A DNA stretch of 28,022 nucleotides, from the NCBI RefSeq assembly GCF_004010195.1, contig NC_057752.1, positions 10,699,631-10,727,652 of the forward strand, written 5' to 3'. This DNA comes from Chiloscyllium plagiosum (lineage: Eukaryota). Positions 23,751-28,022 of this stretch are shown here, one piece after another (position 1 is the first letter of the stretch; each line of letters starts with the position of its first letter). The notes beneath the pieces were generated by a model. It was not told the origin of the DNA. It searched no databases and was given only the letters and a program-made list of their open reading frames with translations. Both the position numbers and the translations under genes were made by a program.

Positions 23751-23782
23751 CTGCTTTCCATCAGATAGCCATTGTAAGAAGA
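23751..23782 (-). CDS. R3HDM2: R3HDM2 32-nt micro-exon: SSYNGYLMES(R)
   Basis: ttctcttttctctttcag|TCTTCTTAC...GAAAGCAG|gtcagt; phase 0 to 2. Aligns to recalled mammalian R3HDM2 'NGYLNDIR'. Confidence 0.88.
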
Positions 23783-23919
23783 CTGAAAGAGAAAAGAGAA
23801 TATTTTACAAATCTTAAACATTGAATTACTCAAAAACCTTAAGCTTTCTTTTATGGGCGAAAAACACTCTACACACAGTATGAATCATGGCTCTCCATCA
23901 CCCAAAGATCATCACTCAC

Positions 23920-24225
23920 ATGGTGAGATGGTGATGTTGTAGCAATGTTATTGGACTACTAATCCAGAGGCCCTGGCTAATGCCATCTGGGGGAATTTAA
24001 ATTGAATTAATTAAAAAAAAACCTTGAACTGAAAGTTAGTCTCAAGTAATGGTGATCATTAGACTATCTTTGATTGATGTAAAAGCCCATCCTTACTTAG
24101 TCTGGAATATGTGACTCCAGACCTACAGCAATGGAGCTTACTCGTACCTGCCCTCTGAAGTGACCTAAATTTAAGAGCAGTTAGTGACAGACAACAAATG
24201 GTGTTTCTAGTGATACCTGCGATGT
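23920..24225 (+). mobile_element. Decayed tRNA-derived SINE with LINE-related tail
   Basis: '..ttattggactactaatccagaggccctggctaatg..' head and 'gtgactccagacctacagcaatgg..ctgccctctgaa' body, typical of a common shark SINE. Confidence 0.55.
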
Positions 24226-24289
24226 ATCAATGATTTTTAAAATTATTCACATCAGATATTCTGCAGTTCTACGGCATGCCTTGAAAATG

Positions 24290-24470
24290 AGCAAAGGTCT
24301 CCTGTTGGCCTGGTCAATATTCTTCCCTCAATGAGTGCCACTAAAGGACTGAACTTATTGCTATTTACAGTTTTTCATCATGTGCAAAATGCCTTCCATG
24401 TCTGCCTGTAATAACTGTATGACAAGATAATTAATTGGATATGAAGCCCTTTGGGAGACATCAGAATGGT
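24290..24470 (+). mobile_element. DeuSINE (SacSINE1/AmnSINE1-related) remnant
   Basis: 'cctggtcaatattcttccctcaa..cactaaa..tgtgcaaaatg..aattggatatgaagccctttggga' resembles the Deu domain and tail as I recall them. Confidence 0.55.
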
Positions 24471-24707
24471 ATGCTAAATTACCAAACATGCAAAAGCTTT
24501 GCTGGATATATTTTGGATCACCCGACTAATTCAAATTCAAATTGACAAACAAACAGGGAAAATATCTAATTTAAATTCTCATTATTGTAAATGGATTGTT
24601 AAAAATAAGGTTCCATACTCTGGTTATCATATAATCGAGATTCATTTTCATTAATTATTACTCTACAGCTTTTCAAAGTAGAATAACCACGTCACAAGTA
24701 ACTACTA

Positions 24708-24875
<168 letters not shown>

Positions 24876-25149
24876 TTAGCTGTCAGTTCAACAAGCTAAA
24901 GAACTGCCAAAGCATAATCTTTCTGAAAAATTCATAGTTAAAAGTAGTCTGCACAAGCTGTGGCCATTAATCTATGGGTACTAAAACTTTATTTACATGG
25001 TGTAACTACCTCAATTAAATACAAAACAAAAATGAAATGACATTCATTGCTAGTTGAGCACTCTGAGAGTAATTGAGTGTGTGATTCCCAGTGCTCTATT
25101 TGTAGCAAAACCATAAATGACTCTAAATTGCCAACTAATTTCTTCTAAA

Positions 25150-25810
25150 ACGCAGTTTTAATGCTGTGATTGTGTCTTCAGTAAGTTACCCAACGGCTAT
25201 CCTTAATTTTTCTTCAGTATTCCATATGGTCTCTTTCCAGTTTTCCTCAATCAGTCCTTTTCCATCGTCTAGCTCTTCCACTACTGTCTTGCATCATTCC
25301 ACTTCTGTCTGTACAATCACAGCCAGTATATCTCCAGTAGTTTTTACTCTCACTCTGCAATGCCCCAAGAACTTATCCTTGGTTCCCCCTTTCTTCATTT
25401 ATATGGTACCCCTCACGGACATCATCCATAAGGACAAGATCAATTTTTAGTTACACCCTGATAACATCCAGCTCAACAACTGCCCTCAACCCTTTGTGGA
25501 GAATCAAATTCCTTCTGTTATTTCACTATCTCCAATCACCTCAGTAAACTTCACTCCATCATCACCCACTCTGTTCCGTTTGTCTAGCTAGCTGCTGAGA
25601 CCATCTTTGACTGTGTGAGCTTCAAACTCGACATTTTACCCAACACTGACAAAAATCACTTTTCTCCCAGACCTCCTCAACATTATTCATCTCTACCATA
25701 CTGCCCACAAAAGTTTTATTTGTGCTTTTGTCACCTGTGGACTCAATTAATTCAATATTCTCTCTTCCAATTCCATCCTCCAAAATCTCGATGTTCAAAA
25801 GATACATGAG
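25150..25810 (+). mobile_element. Ancient L2 RT fragment
   Basis: 'gccccaagaacttatccttggttcccc' (PQGSILGP-like) and 'tacaccctgataacatccagctc' (YADDTQL-like). Confidence 0.6.
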
Positions 25811-26307
25811 CATTTAACATGTTCTGCAAAGTGTGCTTAAGGCGATTAATGTCAGCTTAAAGTCAACAATACAATAAATGTGTTACTAAAACGCATCTTA
25901 CTTGAGAGAGAGAGAGAGAGAAAAATTTTAAAATATGTGCTGCAAATACACCAATGGCTGTTTGTAGTACAAGGGCTCATGTTTCAATGGGACCTTTGTC
26001 AAATTCTTTGCATTCACAGCATCTTCTTTGTCAATTTTGGATATAATTTTCTTCTTTGCAAAATAATATTGTCGAAAGGTTCTTGAGGTACTGCTCAAGT
26101 GGATTCTTAAAACAACTCTGTTGCATGAGATGGTAACTCGCACATGTTTTCCCACCCCATCCATTCCCTCTTATACAAGTCCCCTTACAAAGAAAGTAAG
26201 AGAGTTCTCCAAGTATATCCAACACAAGAGAGAATGATGAAACAAACAGGACAGCCATTTCACAAGGATGGAAGCATTTGTTCTTTCTTTTGCTTTACAG
26301 TAAATTA

Positions 26308-26487
<180 letters not shown>

Positions 26488-26509
26488 TCAGTTAAACACT
26501 GAGAAGGTC

Positions 26510-27200
26510 AACCACAAATTCCCTATCCTTGTTACTCATTCCATTCCCCTCCCTAACCAAACCTGGCTAATTTATCTTACTTGACCTCAAGTCGAATTTT
26601 CAACACCATATTAGCTACTGCAGGCTCAACAGTCTGAATGCCATATCCCTGCTCCTAAGTTTCATCACAACTGCTAACCTCCAGCTCCAAAGCATTCCCA
26701 GTCTCCACCCTAATTCTTGTCCATACTTTTACTGTATTGAAATTCAGTTATTCACGAGCTCCCTTGTCCAGCCTCCCATCCATTACCGTCTGTAAATTTT
26801 ACCCATTTCAAAATTATGTTAGCCAACTCCAATTCCACACCAAGTTCCACACAGCCTCTAAAATCTCTCATTTAAATGTTTGTTCTTATGTTTCAATCTC
26901 TTCATGACCTTCTGCAGCCTCCTCAAATCCCTATAACCTCCTCAGCAACCCCCAGAGATTGCTGTTTGTCTAACTCAGACCTTCTGTGCACATCAACACC
27001 CACTTCTTCATTCCACTGATGGCAGGGGTGTGCACTCACCTGACTAAGACTAGAGCACTCGAATTCCTGCCCAGGTTCCTCTACAACCCTCTCCTTTTTT
27101 TATTCCAAAGAGGATTTTAAAATTCCATCTCTTTGTCCAAACCCATAGCCACCTGTTCTAATATCTTCATTGTTCAGTATCCTTGTTTGTATGTGAGAAA
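26510..27200 (+). mobile_element. Ancient L2 3' fragment
   Basis: C/T-rich decayed sequence resembling the L2 ORF2 C-terminus and 3' UTR (e.g. 'aaaattccatctctttgtccaa...ccacctgttctaatatct'). Confidence 0.5.
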
Positions 27201-27289
27201 CAAGTTGCGATTCTAAAACAAGCCGGAGTTAAATATATCCCCATCAACACCAATTATTTTTTTAAAAAGTAAAAATTCACAGAATTGTC

Positions 27290-27690
27290 ATTCAATAATA
27301 TCCTGAATGGGGAAGAGAGGAGTAATGTCTTCAATATATTGGGAGAAAAGTATCAGTGCATCTCCTTTATTAAGTGGAAAGAATGTTTCCAATTGGAGAA
27401 GTCAAAACTAGGGGCCATATATACAAGATAGCGAACAATAAGTGCAATATGGAAATGTATTATAATTAATCATTAATTTATAATTTATTTACTCTGTGGT
27501 TAAAATGTGGGACTCATGACTACAGAAAGAGGTTGGACAAATATGTCAGAGGCTTTCAAAAGGAAAGTAGACAAGTATAGACAGGTGGAGAAATTAGACT
27601 AGCGGAGTTGCTCTTGTGGAAATCCGGCACAAACGTGATCGACCCAATGGTCTTGCTCTGTGCTGTAACCACCTGATGGTTCGACGATTA
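27290..27690 (+). mobile_element. Old CR1 3' fragment
   Basis: 'aatgtttccaattggagaagtcaaaactaggggccat' (ESKTRGH) and a CR1-like 3' UTR. Confidence 0.65.
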
Positions 27691-27724
27691 AGAGGTGCCC
27701 GTATTTGCGCAAGTCCGCCAGTAG

Positions 27725-28022
27725 TAGCACTGAATTTGAAAGAGAGAAGGCAAAATCGGATGCAATGGTGTTACAGTTAAATAAAGATAATTATGAGGGC
27801 ATGAGAGAGGAACTGACGAAAATAGACTGGAAGCAGAGCCTAGCGGGGAAGACAGGAGAGCAAAAATGGCAAGAGTTTGTGGGTATAATTGAGGACACCG
27901 TACAGAGGTTCATCCCCAAGAAAAGAAAGATTATCCGGGGAGGGATTAGACAGCCATGGCTGACGAAGGAAGTCAGGAAATGTATCAAAGAAAAAGAGAG
28001 ATCCTATAAAGTGGCCAAGAGC
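27725..28022 (+). mobile_element. CR1 ORF2 fragment (post-endonuclease), running off the window
   Basis: FEREKAKSDAMVLQLNKDNYEGMREELTKIDWKQSLAGKTGEQKWQEF...QPWLTKEVRKCIKEK open reading. Confidence 0.85.

Overview
Vertebrate genomic DNA, most likely a cartilaginous fish (shark), inferred from HE1/V-type SINEs, a DeuSINE remnant and abundant CR1 LINEs. The only host gene I can support is on the minus strand: six consecutive coding exons of R3HDM2 (SUZ-domain region), at 26332-26440, 24717-24812, 23751-23782, 23591-23644, 20159-20385 and 18388-18542. All have AG/GT boundaries and mutually consistent phases. The R3H-domain exons lie beyond the right edge and I could not find the next 3' exon, so 1-18387 appears to be one intron of more than 18 kb. 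The introns contain a near full-length but dead CR1 (about 10905-15694) with a Tigger-like MITE in its 5' UTR, many CR1 and L2 fragments, SINEs, and Penelope-type elements with decayed hammerhead-ribozyme cores. The most unusual feature is a 2.15-kb, 52-bp-unit minisatellite (about 41 copies, with a 312-bp higher-order repeat). On the gene's sense strand each unit carries a let-7 match (up to 11 nt) and a miR-128 seed match. On the other strand it carries an RSS heptamer and a CCAAT box. Any function for these motifs is a hypothesis, not something the sequence proves. Most other ORFs in the track are TE debris or spurious. TE boundaries are approximate, and family names come from motif recognition, not database searches.
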